36,680 nucleotides of DNA from a virus (lineage: Duplodnaviria; Caudoviricetes): IMG/VR virus record IMGVR_UViG_3300012981_000015; one strand, given 5' to 3'. Shown piece by piece: positions 16,913-25,278 of the stretch. Position numbers and translations under genes: made by a program. Below the pieces are notes generated by a model that saw only the letters and a program-made list of their open reading frames with translations, had not been told where the DNA came from and made no database searches. Every line of letters begins with the position of its first letter. The stretch's first letter is position 1.

Positions 16913-17554
16913 GTGTATCTCCTCTTGGGGGTTGGCTTGCTCGGTAAAATAGGGTGCGGGGGTAGGTTCGTCAGGCGATTCCTTGCGGGCGTCATCCTCC
17001 AGCGAGGCGACGGTATAGCCGGGGATCACCTTGTCTGCTTCATCCAGACTGAATTTGCTGATAATCCACTCACGCAGATTGCGCCACAGGCCAGCATTCT
17101 GCATGTCAGACCAATCGGCGAATTCGACAATGCCGGATTCATTGTCGGCAAACTCAGGCGCACGCAGCCCCTTAACCGCAGGCGGCTGCGCACCGAGGAA
17201 GCCGACGTGGCGCAAGTAGTACACGCCTGGCACAGGGTTGTTTGGGGAATCAGGGGAATAGAAGCTAGCAGAAATCTTCTTGAAGCGGCCAGCAGTAACC
17301 ATCTCGGCAAAGTCGGGGTCAACCTGGTCAGGCTGCGCCTCAAGGCCGCCTTCAGCGAACCCAAGTGACTTCACCCAGCCGTAGGCAGGGCCATCATGCG
17401 TCGGGTGGCCGACGACCAGCGGCGCTTCGTGCTTAGCCGGATCATAAGCCGCTGCCGAAGCAGCAAGATCGGTTTCAGAAAACCCAAGCACAGCACCGCT
17501 CATCGCAGTATGAGTGCCGGGACGGAAGATCTGGATGGGTTTGGATGTATTCAT
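16451..17554 (-). CDS. Head maturation protease/scaffold (Mu gpI-like)
   Basis: IFRPGTH, HEAPLVVGHP, AYGWV, FKKISASFY and LRHVGFLGAQPPAVKGL motifs; coiled-coil C-terminus. Confidence 0.9.
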   Translation of the reverse strand: MNTSKPIQIFRPGTHTAMSGAVLGFSETDLAASAAAYDPAKHEAPLVVGHPTHDGPAYGWVKSLGFAEGGLEAQPDQVDPDFAEMVTAGRFKKISASFYSPDSPNNPVPGVYYLRHVGFLGAQPPAVKGLRAPEFADNESGIVEFADWSDMQNAGLWRNLREWIISKFSLDEADKVIPGYTVASLEDDARKESPDEPTPAPYFTEQANPQEEIHVTPEQAAALEAENARLKAQNAEFAAADKLARTAAIHTENTAFAEALVSAGKLLPVNKDVAIATLNYFAGQDTPVEFGEGDAKKPMVDAFKEFLQAQPKVVAFGEHAAGEIKQVDMEDATAISAKAVEFMEAEAKAGRTVNIAQAVAHVTQVNQ

Positions 17555-17560
17555 GCCGCC

Positions 17561-17605
17561 ATTGTGACGGCGGCTTCGCCGCCGGTTAAGGCGGAACGGG
17601 TTCCG
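17561..17605 (-). promoter_or_regulatory. Putative activator-dependent late promoter of the head operon (PI-like)
   Basis: TTAAGGCGGAA-cggg-TTCCG (17586-17605) and -10 CACAAT (17566-17561), 6 nt before the ATG. Confidence 0.75.
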
Positions 17606-17804
17606 TTAATGCGGGTTTTTTATCAGTCTTTTTTAGCGTACCAGAATGCGCTGGGAATGCAAAATCCATTTCCTCCCCAAAAACGCATCCTCGGCGCGAT
17701 ACATGCGCGTGAATGTAGGGCGTTAAACCCCCGTTAAAATCTTGCCGCCTGATTTTTTGCTACAACGGTATATATGAAACGGCTTAAATCGCTTAAATCG
17801 CGTT

Positions 17805-18323
17805 TTAGCCAATTACCTTGCGCAGGTAGTCGCTGACCGTATCGACAATCATCACCGCATCACTTTCGGATACGCCCAGGAATGGCCGTGCAGGGATATC
17901 GCCCCACAGATTTGGGAACTTGCTCTTGGTACCGCCGAAATGTTGCATGGCCGCCTGAACCATTGGCGATCCCCAGCGTACGCTATCATGATCGACTTCA
18001 TAAAATATCTGGGTAGACAGCATTCGAGTCTCGCCGATCAGCGGCTTCTTACCCGCCACACGCGTAGCACCGCGTGCATTGATCCGTCCGTTCTTGCCAA
18101 AATTACCCTTGCCGAATGCATTGACCATACCCAGATAGGTCGCTTCGCTATTGGGCGCCCAGCGCGATCCGTCTGGCGCTGTACTGGTTTCGAAACGTTT
18201 CTTGGTTGACTCAACCTGACTCTCGCCAATGGCCAGCAATGCAGGGCGCGGTTGCGCAGTCGCTTGTGCCAGGCGCTCCAGGGCAGCGAGTACGTCTGCA
18301 TCATTCCATTTGGTTTCTATCAT
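17805..18323 (-). CDS. Virion morphogenesis protein (Mu gpG-like)
   Basis: RFETSTAPDGSRWAP, AAMQHFGG and IPARPFLGVS motifs. Confidence 0.92.
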   Translation of the reverse strand: MIETKWNDADVLAALERLAQATAQPRPALLAIGESQVESTKKRFETSTAPDGSRWAPNSEATYLGMVNAFGKGNFGKNGRINARGATRVAGKKPLIGETRMLSTQIFYEVDHDSVRWGSPMVQAAMQHFGGTKSKFPNLWGDIPARPFLGVSESDAVMIVDTVSDYLRKVIG

Positions 18324-18332
18324 GATGGGTGC

Positions 18333-18638
18333 CTAATACGTGTTGGGCGGCATGGTCGCCAGCAGCGCGTGGATCGCATTGATGGAAACCGCCTTATCGG
18401 CTTCCGGTGCCGGTAGCACGCGCATGGTCGCCTCCATCTGCCGCAGTTCTTGTTCGCTGTCGGCTCCGATCAAACCGACCAGCGCGCCCCGCAGCATGGC
18501 AATGTCGCTCTCGGCCTTCCGCATTGGGTGCCGCTGGCAAACCTTGATGTGCTCGGTAAGCACTTCGCTTCCCGATGCCGGGGTATCCTGCGGGTATTCG
18601 TGCCCACAATAAACGCAGGTGAGTATTCGTCCGTCTAT
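18333..18638 (-). CDS. Zinc-finger-like hypothetical protein (~101 aa) in an attC cassette; start codon is ATA
   Basis: The frame extends 25 codons upstream of the listed start: IDGRILTCVYCGHEYPQDTPASGSEVLTEHIKVCQRHP (CxxC...H...C..H). CAGGAG lies 6 nt before ATA 18638. Confidence 0.6.
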   Translation of the reverse strand: MDGRILTCVYCGHEYPQDTPASGSEVLTEHIKVCQRHPMRKAESDIAMLRGALVGLIGADSEQELRQMEATMRVLPAPEADKAVSINAIHALLATMPPNTY

Positions 18639-18658
18639 GTCGTTCTCCTGTAAATGCC

Positions 18659-18718
18659 GCCCAACCCTGTGGTCAAGGCGGACTCCGCTACGCTCCGCCG
18701 CTTACCTTTGCGTTGTCC
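18659..18718 (+). other. Integron attC-like recombination site (60 bp)
   Basis: R'' GCCCAAC, 5-nt spacer, L'' GGTCAAG with an unpaired C against L' CTTACC, central stem, 5-nt spacer, R' GTTGTCC. Confidence 0.75.
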
Positions 18719-19119
18719 CTACTCTTGAGCGCCGCATCCCATCCCGCTTCGCTCAGCACGATATGCATCGCATACGCTACGGCACTCACCCATGCGCCGA
18801 ACCACACGAGAAAGAATGTCACGCTGAGGTCATACAGCACGTTCATGGCCTTCGGGGCCGAGCGGCCTTTCTTTGCGAGTTCCTTCTGGATGTCCGGCAC
18901 CAGCATTCCCCACGAGATGATGAAGCTCGCCCATACCAGGAACAGCGAGAGATTGCGCGCGCCTTCCACGCCTTCAACGAACCCGAACCACAGCATCGCG
19001 GCAAATGCTCCATTGATGGCGAGCCACATTACGGCCCGTATCCTGCGCTGTAGGCCCCACGTGTCAGCCCACACGGACTGCCCGCCAGCCGCGTTCATTT
19101 TAAATTCTTCGTTGCTCAT
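18688..19119 (-). CDS. Membrane protein, ~4 transmembrane segments (accessory)
   Basis: AAGGAG ribosome-binding site; several hydrophobic segments; the C-terminus (DNAKVSGGA) is read through the bottom strand of the attC. Confidence 0.75.
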   Translation of the reverse strand: MSNEEFKMNAAGGQSVWADTWGLQRRIRAVMWLAINGAFAAMLWFGFVEGVEGARNLSLFLVWASFIISWGMLVPDIQKELAKKGRSAPKAMNVLYDLSVTFFLVWFGAWVSAVAYAMHIVLSEAGWDAALKSRDNAKVSGGA

Positions 19120-19174
19120 GGCTTTATCTCCTTGGTATCCAATATGTAATTTACATAACAGTCAGAAAACCAGT

Positions 19175-19203
19175 TTGCACAATTTCACAAACTGAACTAT
19201 ATT
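19175..19203 (+). promoter_or_regulatory. Sigma70-like promoter convergent on the 3' end of gpF
   Basis: TTGCAC (19175-19180), 17-bp spacer, TATATT (19198-19203). Confidence 0.6.
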
Positions 19204-19207
19204 TAAC

Positions 19208-19269
19208 GGATAGATGGACTCGCTTAGGGCGTAATGGTCGGGGGAATCAGACATCGGCCACCATCTGCC
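19208..19269 (+). ncRNA. Candidate small structured RNA
   Basis: Closing stem AGATGG (19212-17)/CCATCT (19261-66) encloses two hairpins; begins at the predicted +1 and ends at the gpF stop. Confidence 0.4.
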
Positions 19270-20460
19270 TTACCGCTTGATCACCAGCGACAACAGCGCC
19301 AGTGCGCGATTCTTCTTACCTGGCCGCACATCGAATACACACCGAAATACCTCTTCCCCGATTTTCTTGACAGCGACGACGGTTGTTAATCCCGTTGCTG
19401 ATCGATCACCTGCACGCAGGCTATCTGCTTCGGCCAGAACCTTCCAGACTTGCGCATAATCCTGCGGGATAGGCGGGCGTTGATTACCGCCATCGTACTG
19501 GTGCACGCTCTCGGCATGGCGCGGCGCTTCATCCGGCAGCAGCACCATATAACCCTTAACATCTTGGCCGGCCGCAGCGCTCACTGCCTCTGCATTCTCT
19601 ACGAACCCCAGCCAGAGCGGCTCTGTTTTGGAACGATCAGCCAGCACTTTCACAGCGTAATCGGCCGCTTGGTCATGGGCATTAATATAACGGTTCACAT
19701 CATGCGACAGCGCCTTGCTGATCGCTGGCGGGTACGTCACCAGCTTGTTTGACACCATCTCGCGCAGGGGGACGTCGCCGCTTTTACCAGGCGCGTAACC
19801 AAACCCTGCATCGATCCCCAGCGGCGCACCTGTTTTCGGGTTGATCGTGTCCCAGCCAGTCGGGCGGCTGGCTTTGTCTGTGCCTTTGGCAGCCTGATAG
19901 TCCTGCTCGGATGCAGCCGTGATACGGCAATGGCAGCCCCAGCCGTTCGGTGCGAAATGCGAGTCCCAGAAAGGGTCGTCATGCGGCAACGTGATGCCGT
20001 TCCAGCTCTGATGCAGTGGGCGCGGGTGCCGCACGCCATCCGCGTGCACGTAGCGCTTGTATGGCCGCATCTTGATCAGATCAGGGTCGCTTAACTGCGC
20101 CCACCGGCCTGCCGAGTAGCTCATACTCATGTTGGTCTGGTAGATGATGCGCGTGCGCCAGTCGCGGCCGCCTTTCGAGCCTTCACCCATCCAGCCTGTC
20201 CAGCCGTGCTTCGCCACGATGGCGTCGAAGTTCTTGCGGAACCAGCCTATGCTTTTGCCTTCTGCGATCGCGCTGTCGACGGCTTTGCGCAAGTCATCCA
20301 GCAAGTCGGCCTTTTGCGCGCCTGCCACCATGAATGCGCGGTCATGCGCTTGCTGCCAGACATCGTCCCAGCGCTCGCTGGGCAGGTTGATCTTCTTGCG
20401 GAAGAACGCCAGCTGCTCAGCAAACGGCTTGTTGAATTGACTACTGGCCGTCAGCGACAT
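19270..20460 (-). CDS. MuF (gpF) head morphogenesis protein with C-terminal extension resembling PBECR-type RNase domains
   Basis: AHDRAFMVAGA, RIIYQTN, HPRPLHQSWNG and FAPNGWGCHC MuF motifs, plus ~155 extra C-terminal residues; start ATG 20460. Confidence 0.88.
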   Translation of the reverse strand: MSLTASSQFNKPFAEQLAFFRKKINLPSERWDDVWQQAHDRAFMVAGAQKADLLDDLRKAVDSAIAEGKSIGWFRKNFDAIVAKHGWTGWMGEGSKGGRDWRTRIIYQTNMSMSYSAGRWAQLSDPDLIKMRPYKRYVHADGVRHPRPLHQSWNGITLPHDDPFWDSHFAPNGWGCHCRITAASEQDYQAAKGTDKASRPTGWDTINPKTGAPLGIDAGFGYAPGKSGDVPLREMVSNKLVTYPPAISKALSHDVNRYINAHDQAADYAVKVLADRSKTEPLWLGFVENAEAVSAAAGQDVKGYMVLLPDEAPRHAESVHQYDGGNQRPPIPQDYAQVWKVLAEADSLRAGDRSATGLTTVVAVKKIGEEVFRCVFDVRPGKKNRALALLSLVIKR

Positions 20461-21952
20461 CAGCCATCCCCACCAGATCTGCAACGGCGAAACCCGCCTG
20501 CATCACCTTGACCAGCTCATCCTGCGGCAGATTACCGAATGCACCGATTAACGCATCACGTAAATCTTCAAGTGAGGCAGCGCTGTCGACGATGGATTTA
20601 ATCTTCACCAGCGTGTCAGTCCAGGGCTTGGCGCTTTCAACCGCTAACCTGTTGGCCAGCAAGTCATCGGTGAATGGCCCGTTATCGCCAGCCTCGGCAA
20701 ATGCTGCCGGCAGCGCATCAGTCTTGCGCACGACGGCAGGCGGTACCGCCTCCCACTCGCCGCCGTAAGTCTTGGTTACCTCAGCTAATGTCGGGCGAAA
20801 TCCGATGACAAACAGATTCCTGTCCCGCTCCGATCGCGCCTTCAGATCCTCGGCTTCCTGCACTTGGCGCCATATCTTCGGCGGCCGCGCACCAGGTACG
20901 TTGTATGCCGTTAACCAGGGCGACAAGGTCGCGTTAAGCGTGGCCGATAGCAGATCGGCATCCGCCTGCACCAGCTCCAGCCGCACCTCCTCACGCGCCA
21001 GCGCAGCGGTCTGCTGAGCACCACCGCCGCCTTTAGAGGTCGGCGCTTCGCCCAGCACGGCAAAGGTCATTTCCTCATCCATGTAACGAGCGAATTGTTC
21101 GTAAGTCACCGTGCCGCTGCGCTTAGCCTCCAGCAGCTCGATCACCATGTTATCGGGTACCGTCACGCCAGCGTCTTGAGAGATAGCCGCCAATGCATTC
21201 AGCAGATCCTTCTGCTGCTCAGCGGGTGTGCCACCTGGATACTTGCCCACGGCTGTAGGGCTACCGAACTTGTCCAGATAGGTCAGCCAGAACGTAATGT
21301 CCTGGCGCTTGAAGAATGTCGGCCAGAACAGCCTGGAGCCGACACCGATGCCATAAGGTGAGCCATCCTTCGCGCCGAAGGTGTGCACGATGAACTTGCG
21401 CGGCGGCACTGTCTCACCTGGTATCAGCTGGCTCCATGTTTTCAGGCGCAGCTTATAGTCGGTATCGAAGTTGAACCGCCGCTGATCCTTGGGGCGAATC
21501 TCGCGCGCGACGATCTCCTTGCCGTCGATATCCCACATGATCTCGCCAACAGCAAAGCCCTTGAGTATGGAATCCAGCAGGTTGAAACACACCAAATCAA
21601 AGTTGCTGGCCATCACCACCTGGTCACCTGGGTTATCGGCTGCCGGCACGCCGATCGCTGACAACTGTGCCCGAACCATGTCGGCCGCCTTGATGTCAAG
21701 CGTATCATTCGATGCCGGGTCAACCTGCCAGGGCCGCGCCACCACAGCCAGCTTGCGCTTCTGCAGCACACCGTAAGCATGGCAGTCACGTTCGATGTCA
21801 TCGTAGATCGCATAGCTGCGATTACCGCCACGCGTCTCCAGTGTCGCATCGCGGCTACGCAAAATGCCCTGAAACGCCAGATAGGTAATATCCTTGGCAA
21901 CCGTGGCGATTTCATTATTCGCATCCAGGGGTAATTTAGTGTCTTCAGCCAT
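20441..21952 (-). CDS. Portal protein (Mu gp29/DUF935)
   Basis: QKRKLAV, KGFAVGEIMW and KFGSPTAVGKYP motifs; follows the terminase; start ATG 21952. Confidence 0.93.
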   Translation of the reverse strand: MAEDTKLPLDANNEIATVAKDITYLAFQGILRSRDATLETRGGNRSYAIYDDIERDCHAYGVLQKRKLAVVARPWQVDPASNDTLDIKAADMVRAQLSAIGVPAADNPGDQVVMASNFDLVCFNLLDSILKGFAVGEIMWDIDGKEIVAREIRPKDQRRFNFDTDYKLRLKTWSQLIPGETVPPRKFIVHTFGAKDGSPYGIGVGSRLFWPTFFKRQDITFWLTYLDKFGSPTAVGKYPGGTPAEQQKDLLNALAAISQDAGVTVPDNMVIELLEAKRSGTVTYEQFARYMDEEMTFAVLGEAPTSKGGGGAQQTAALAREEVRLELVQADADLLSATLNATLSPWLTAYNVPGARPPKIWRQVQEAEDLKARSERDRNLFVIGFRPTLAEVTKTYGGEWEAVPPAVVRKTDALPAAFAEAGDNGPFTDDLLANRLAVESAKPWTDTLVKIKSIVDSAASLEDLRDALIGAFGNLPQDELVKVMQAGFAVADLVGMADVADGQ

Positions 21953-21953
21953 T

Positions 21954-23579
21954 TCACATTCCCATAAAGTCATTCAGGCCGCGCGCCGATTCTCGGCGAC
22001 GTCCTAGTGTTTGGTATTCGATTGCGCCACCACCGGATAGCGCAGCAGCCCACAGCATATAAAGCGCATCCGGGCCGTCATCGTGATCGGCTTTAGGGAA
22101 GTGCCGCAGCTGATCGATCAGCGTGTGCTGGTTTGGGTTGAGGCGAATCAGGCCGTTGGCCATGTGCGGCTGCAAGGTCTCAATGCGCAGGATCTTGTCG
22201 GTATGTGGTGTCACTGCACGGGCGGGTACCGGGATGCCACGCGCAGCGGATCGCTTTACCAGCTCGGTGCGCAGGAACTCCTGGAACTGCACCGTCTCCA
22301 CGACCCATACCAAGCAGTGGTATTCAGCCTGCAGCATAATCACATCTTCGATGATGCGGTCAGGCAGGCGTTTCTTGATCGCCGCTTCAACCACGTCCAG
22401 AATACCCGTGCTGCGGTTGAATCCGCCTACCAGTAATGCAGATGGGTCACGCGACCCTCCTGCCTTACCAAGTGAGGGGTCGCACGCGCCATAGAATATC
22501 CATTCATTAAGGCGATTTACCCAGAAAGTAATGCAGTTGGCAAACGGCGCATCATCGCCGCTCACTGGGTCATTCTGTTGTTCGGAGTCAAACGCCTGGC
22601 GGCCATCACGGGCACGCTTCACCATCAGTGTGTAAAGCGGCTGGGCGGCTGGCCATGACACTATCGCGCCTGAATCCATCTCGGCTTTACGCTCTGCATA
22701 GAACTGCTTGGCGACTTCATCACCGTCATTGAGCAGGATCTCTTCCCACTTGTCCCACAGATCCATGCGGTGCGGCCATTCTATGATGGCTTTGAATTTG
22801 CGCGACTTCCACAGCGGGTTCTTGATAAGGCGCGCCAGCACCGAGTCGTAATGCAGAATAGTGCCAATGATGATGACGTCCATCGAGTCGTCAGCCGCAC
22901 CCAGTGACAGCACGGTTTTCTTGATCCAGCTGTCCAGCTTGTCACGCTGTTCGGGGCTGCGCACGTTCTCGTCGTTTTCCAGATCATCACCGATTGCAAG
23001 ATCCGGACGATGCGGGCCATGACGCAAGCCGCGCATACGCTTGCCAGAGCCGAACGCCTGAATCTTGGCATCATTAGCGGTGACGATAGTGCCAACCTGC
23101 CACACCCGGCCTTGCCCCGTTGCCTCCGGGTAATCCATCAGCAAGCGCGGGTTGAATGCCAGCTCGGCCTTAATGGCCTCCAGCATCGGCAGCGCCTGAT
23201 CCAGCGCATCCATGATAATCACAGGGAAATGCTTGCGGCCGGTAATCACGCACCAGATCACGAATATCTGCGTGACGATGGTGGATTTAGCGTTACCGCG
23301 TGGGGCGGCAATGGCATCATGGTCACCCACGCCGTTATCCACAATCTCTTGTAAGCGCGGGTAAAGGAAATCATGCAGCACCGCATTCGCATACTTCACA
23401 TAATGCGGGAAATAGGTACGGGCAAAGAATTCAAAGCTGGCATGCGCCTTATCACGACGCGCCTGGCGTGCGGCCATATCAGGCGTGAAGCCATCGACCT
23501 CGGCCTCAATCTGGCGGCGGTACTCTGTGGCTAGGCTGGCGATGCCATCGAGGAAGGCACGGCGGGTAGTGTTACCCAT
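21954..23579 (-). CDS. Terminase large subunit
   Basis: APRGNAKST Walker A, RPDLAIGDDLEND, ACDPSLG and HDDGPDAL motifs; start ATG 23579. Confidence 0.95.
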   Translation of the reverse strand: MGNTTRRAFLDGIASLATEYRRQIEAEVDGFTPDMAARQARRDKAHASFEFFARTYFPHYVKYANAVLHDFLYPRLQEIVDNGVGDHDAIAAPRGNAKSTIVTQIFVIWCVITGRKHFPVIIMDALDQALPMLEAIKAELAFNPRLLMDYPEATGQGRVWQVGTIVTANDAKIQAFGSGKRMRGLRHGPHRPDLAIGDDLENDENVRSPEQRDKLDSWIKKTVLSLGAADDSMDVIIIGTILHYDSVLARLIKNPLWKSRKFKAIIEWPHRMDLWDKWEEILLNDGDEVAKQFYAERKAEMDSGAIVSWPAAQPLYTLMVKRARDGRQAFDSEQQNDPVSGDDAPFANCITFWVNRLNEWIFYGACDPSLGKAGGSRDPSALLVGGFNRSTGILDVVEAAIKKRLPDRIIEDVIMLQAEYHCLVWVVETVQFQEFLRTELVKRSAARGIPVPARAVTPHTDKILRIETLQPHMANGLIRLNPNQHTLIDQLRHFPKADHDDGPDALYMLWAAALSGGGAIEYQTLGRRRESARGLNDFMGM

Positions 23580-24072
23580 AGTTTTTAGCCACATCCTCGC
23601 CAAATGGCTCCAATATCTCCGCAAACGCATTGGCATGCTTCGGATAGTGCTTGCGCACAAACTCAGCCAGCGACTGCATCACCTCCATCGCCACAGCCAG
23701 CTTATTCAACTTGGGATTGCCCTTGGCCACGGCAGACATGGTCTTTTGATAAGCATCCGACAACCGGCTGATGATCTCGGCCTTTGCCATCGGCTTGATA
23801 TCGGTGGCTGCCTTGACTTCAGTCATCGTACTCTGGAACAGCAGCACGAAGTCTTCCATCACCGCCTGAGTGACGGCCTCGGCGCCTTGGCCGGACAATC
23901 GCGCAGCAGCGCGCGCCCGATCCCAATCGTCGCCTTCAGCCAATGCATCGCGCTTCCAGCGCGAAACAGTGCCAAGTGAGGCGCAAACACGCTGGGCTAT
24001 CACCTCCAGGGTTAACGCCTCGTAAACGAATGCCGCGCGTGCTGCGGTCTTTTTTTCTGGTTTATGTGCCAC
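23572..24072 (-). CDS. Putative terminase small subunit (DUF1804-like)
   Basis: N-terminal HTH (TVSRWKR...GDDWDRAR); overlaps the large subunit start. Confidence 0.82.
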   Translation of the reverse strand: MAHKPEKKTAARAAFVYEALTLEVIAQRVCASLGTVSRWKRDALAEGDDWDRARAAARLSGQGAEAVTQAVMEDFVLLFQSTMTEVKAATDIKPMAKAEIISRLSDAYQKTMSAVAKGNPKLNKLAVAMEVMQSLAEFVRKHYPKHANAFAEILEPFGEDVAKNYG

Positions 24073-24075
24073 TGG

Positions 24076-24300
24076 TCATGCCATCCCGACAACGCGCTTG
24101 GCCTTTTCCACCAAAAGAGTCATTCCAATTGCAACCAAGCCGCCTGCCAGACCGCCATGCATGGCAGATTTCACCTCCACAGCACGCATGCGGCCATCCA
24201 GCACATCAAGTGTTTCGCCTTGCTCAACTTGGCGTGCAATCACCAGATCCAGCTTGCCCTTGATCTCACCCAGCAATAATGTGTGTTCGTCAGCCGCCAT
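24076..24300 (-). CDS. Small coiled-coil membrane protein
   Basis: LLGEIKGKLD coiled coil and C-terminal hydrophobic helix; coupled to neighbours. Confidence 0.75.
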   Translation of the reverse strand: MAADEHTLLLGEIKGKLDLVIARQVEQGETLDVLDGRMRAVEVKSAMHGGLAGGLVAIGMTLLVEKAKRVVGMA

Positions 24301-24520
24301 GTCTCTCTCCGTTTATTTTTCGAACCAGCTCAAGCCGCGTCTGGCATGTAATACATAACTGAACGCCCGGCACAGCCAGGCGACGCGCTTCAGGGATGGG
24401 CGTTTCGCACTCGACACACTCTATCGCCGATTCGGTTAGGGTATTCGGCAAAATTGCGGCGCGCTGGCGCCGCTCATACTCTTCCAGTTCAAGCGCCTGA
24501 GCGCGGTCAAACGCATCCAT
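24290..24520 (-). CDS. TraR/DksA C4 zinc-finger protein
   Basis: D..DRA N-terminus and CVECETPIPEARRLAVPGVQLCITCQ. Confidence 0.92.
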   Translation of the reverse strand: MDAFDRAQALELEEYERRQRAAILPNTLTESAIECVECETPIPEARRLAVPGVQLCITCQTRLELVRKINGERHGG

Positions 24521-24541
24521 CAGCGCTCTCCTGCATGTAAA

Positions 24542-24799
24542 TTATTTGCCATCGTTCTTACTCCAGTCCACCAGCGCTTGATGATTCTCGCGGCACTGGT
24601 AATACAGCTGTGCCGTTTCCACGTGGTTGGTCAGCAGATCCGCTATCTGCCCCGATTTTGGTGGTGGCAGCGGCGGGCAAGGTGTAGTCAGGTTGGCTGG
24701 CGGCTGGCGGGGTATCACCGGCATTGGCTGCATTCCAGAGGCGCAGCCCGTCAGCATCAAGGCCACAAGCATCATCATGATGAGTGATCGCATAATCAT
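24542..24799 (-). CDS. Outer-membrane spanin (Rz1-like lipoprotein)
   Basis: Lipobox LTGC after a hydrophobic stretch, Pro-rich PANLTTPCPPLP; largely embedded in the Rz-like gene in another frame. Start 24799 or 24793. Confidence 0.82.
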   Translation of the reverse strand: MIMRSLIMMMLVALMLTGCASGMQPMPVIPRQPPANLTTPCPPLPPPKSGQIADLLTNHVETAQLYYQCRENHQALVDWSKNDGK

Positions 24800-25043
24800 T
24801 GGCTTTCTGAGTGATGGTTCGATAAACGACGCGGATGCGCTCGTTGGCCACTTCATGCGTAGTAAGCACTTCATTATCCTGAGCGGCCACGGCAGCCTGC
24901 TGGGTAATCAAGCGCTGCAGGGCAGCAGCCTTATCAGCTTCGCAGGCATTGTGAGCAAGGCGTGAGCCAAGGCGATAGCCAGCGCCGAACAACAGTGCAG
25001 CAGCTACCGCCGAGGCGATTAATTTAAGGGTTTCCGGGTTCAT
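24558..25043 (-). CDS. Inner-membrane spanin (Rz-like)
   Basis: N-terminal transmembrane helix, coiled coil, CGLDADGLRLWNAAN; start ATG 25043. Confidence 0.8.
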   Translation of the reverse strand: MNPETLKLIASAVAAALLFGAGYRLGSRLAHNACEADKAAALQRLITQQAAVAAQDNEVLTTHEVANERIRVVYRTITQKANDYAITHHDDACGLDADGLRLWNAANAGDTPPAASQPDYTLPAAATTKIGADSGSADQPRGNGTAVLPVPRESSSAGGLE

Positions 25044-25278
25044 TGGCAGCATCCTTGGTGTCGGGTTTGATGCCGTAACGCATCGACAGCAGCTTTGATG
25101 CGGCGGCGCTGCCTGTGACCACTGCGCCATAAGCGAATATCTTCATGTCGGTTAGGCCGCCAGCCCATGAGTCCTTGATGAAGGCAACGGTGAGCGTCGC
25201 ATAGCCAATATTTGCCCACAGCTTGGTGTGAGAAAGCATCCCGGTACCGGCATCACGGAACAGATCTGAGAACTTCAT
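25024..25278 (-). CDS. Putative holin (DUF2644-like)
   Basis: 84 aa, two hydrophobic helices, LSHTKLWANI motif, between endolysin and spanins. Confidence 0.75.
   Translation of the reverse strand: MKFSDLFRDAGTGMLSHTKLWANIGYATLTVAFIKDSWAGGLTDMKIFAYGAVVTGSAAASKLLSMRYGIKPDTKDAANEPGNP

Noticed and set aside
17784-17803. Short tandem repeat GCTTAAATC x2 after gpG
   Set aside because: Only two short units with no spacers; not a CRISPR array, and no function can be supported.
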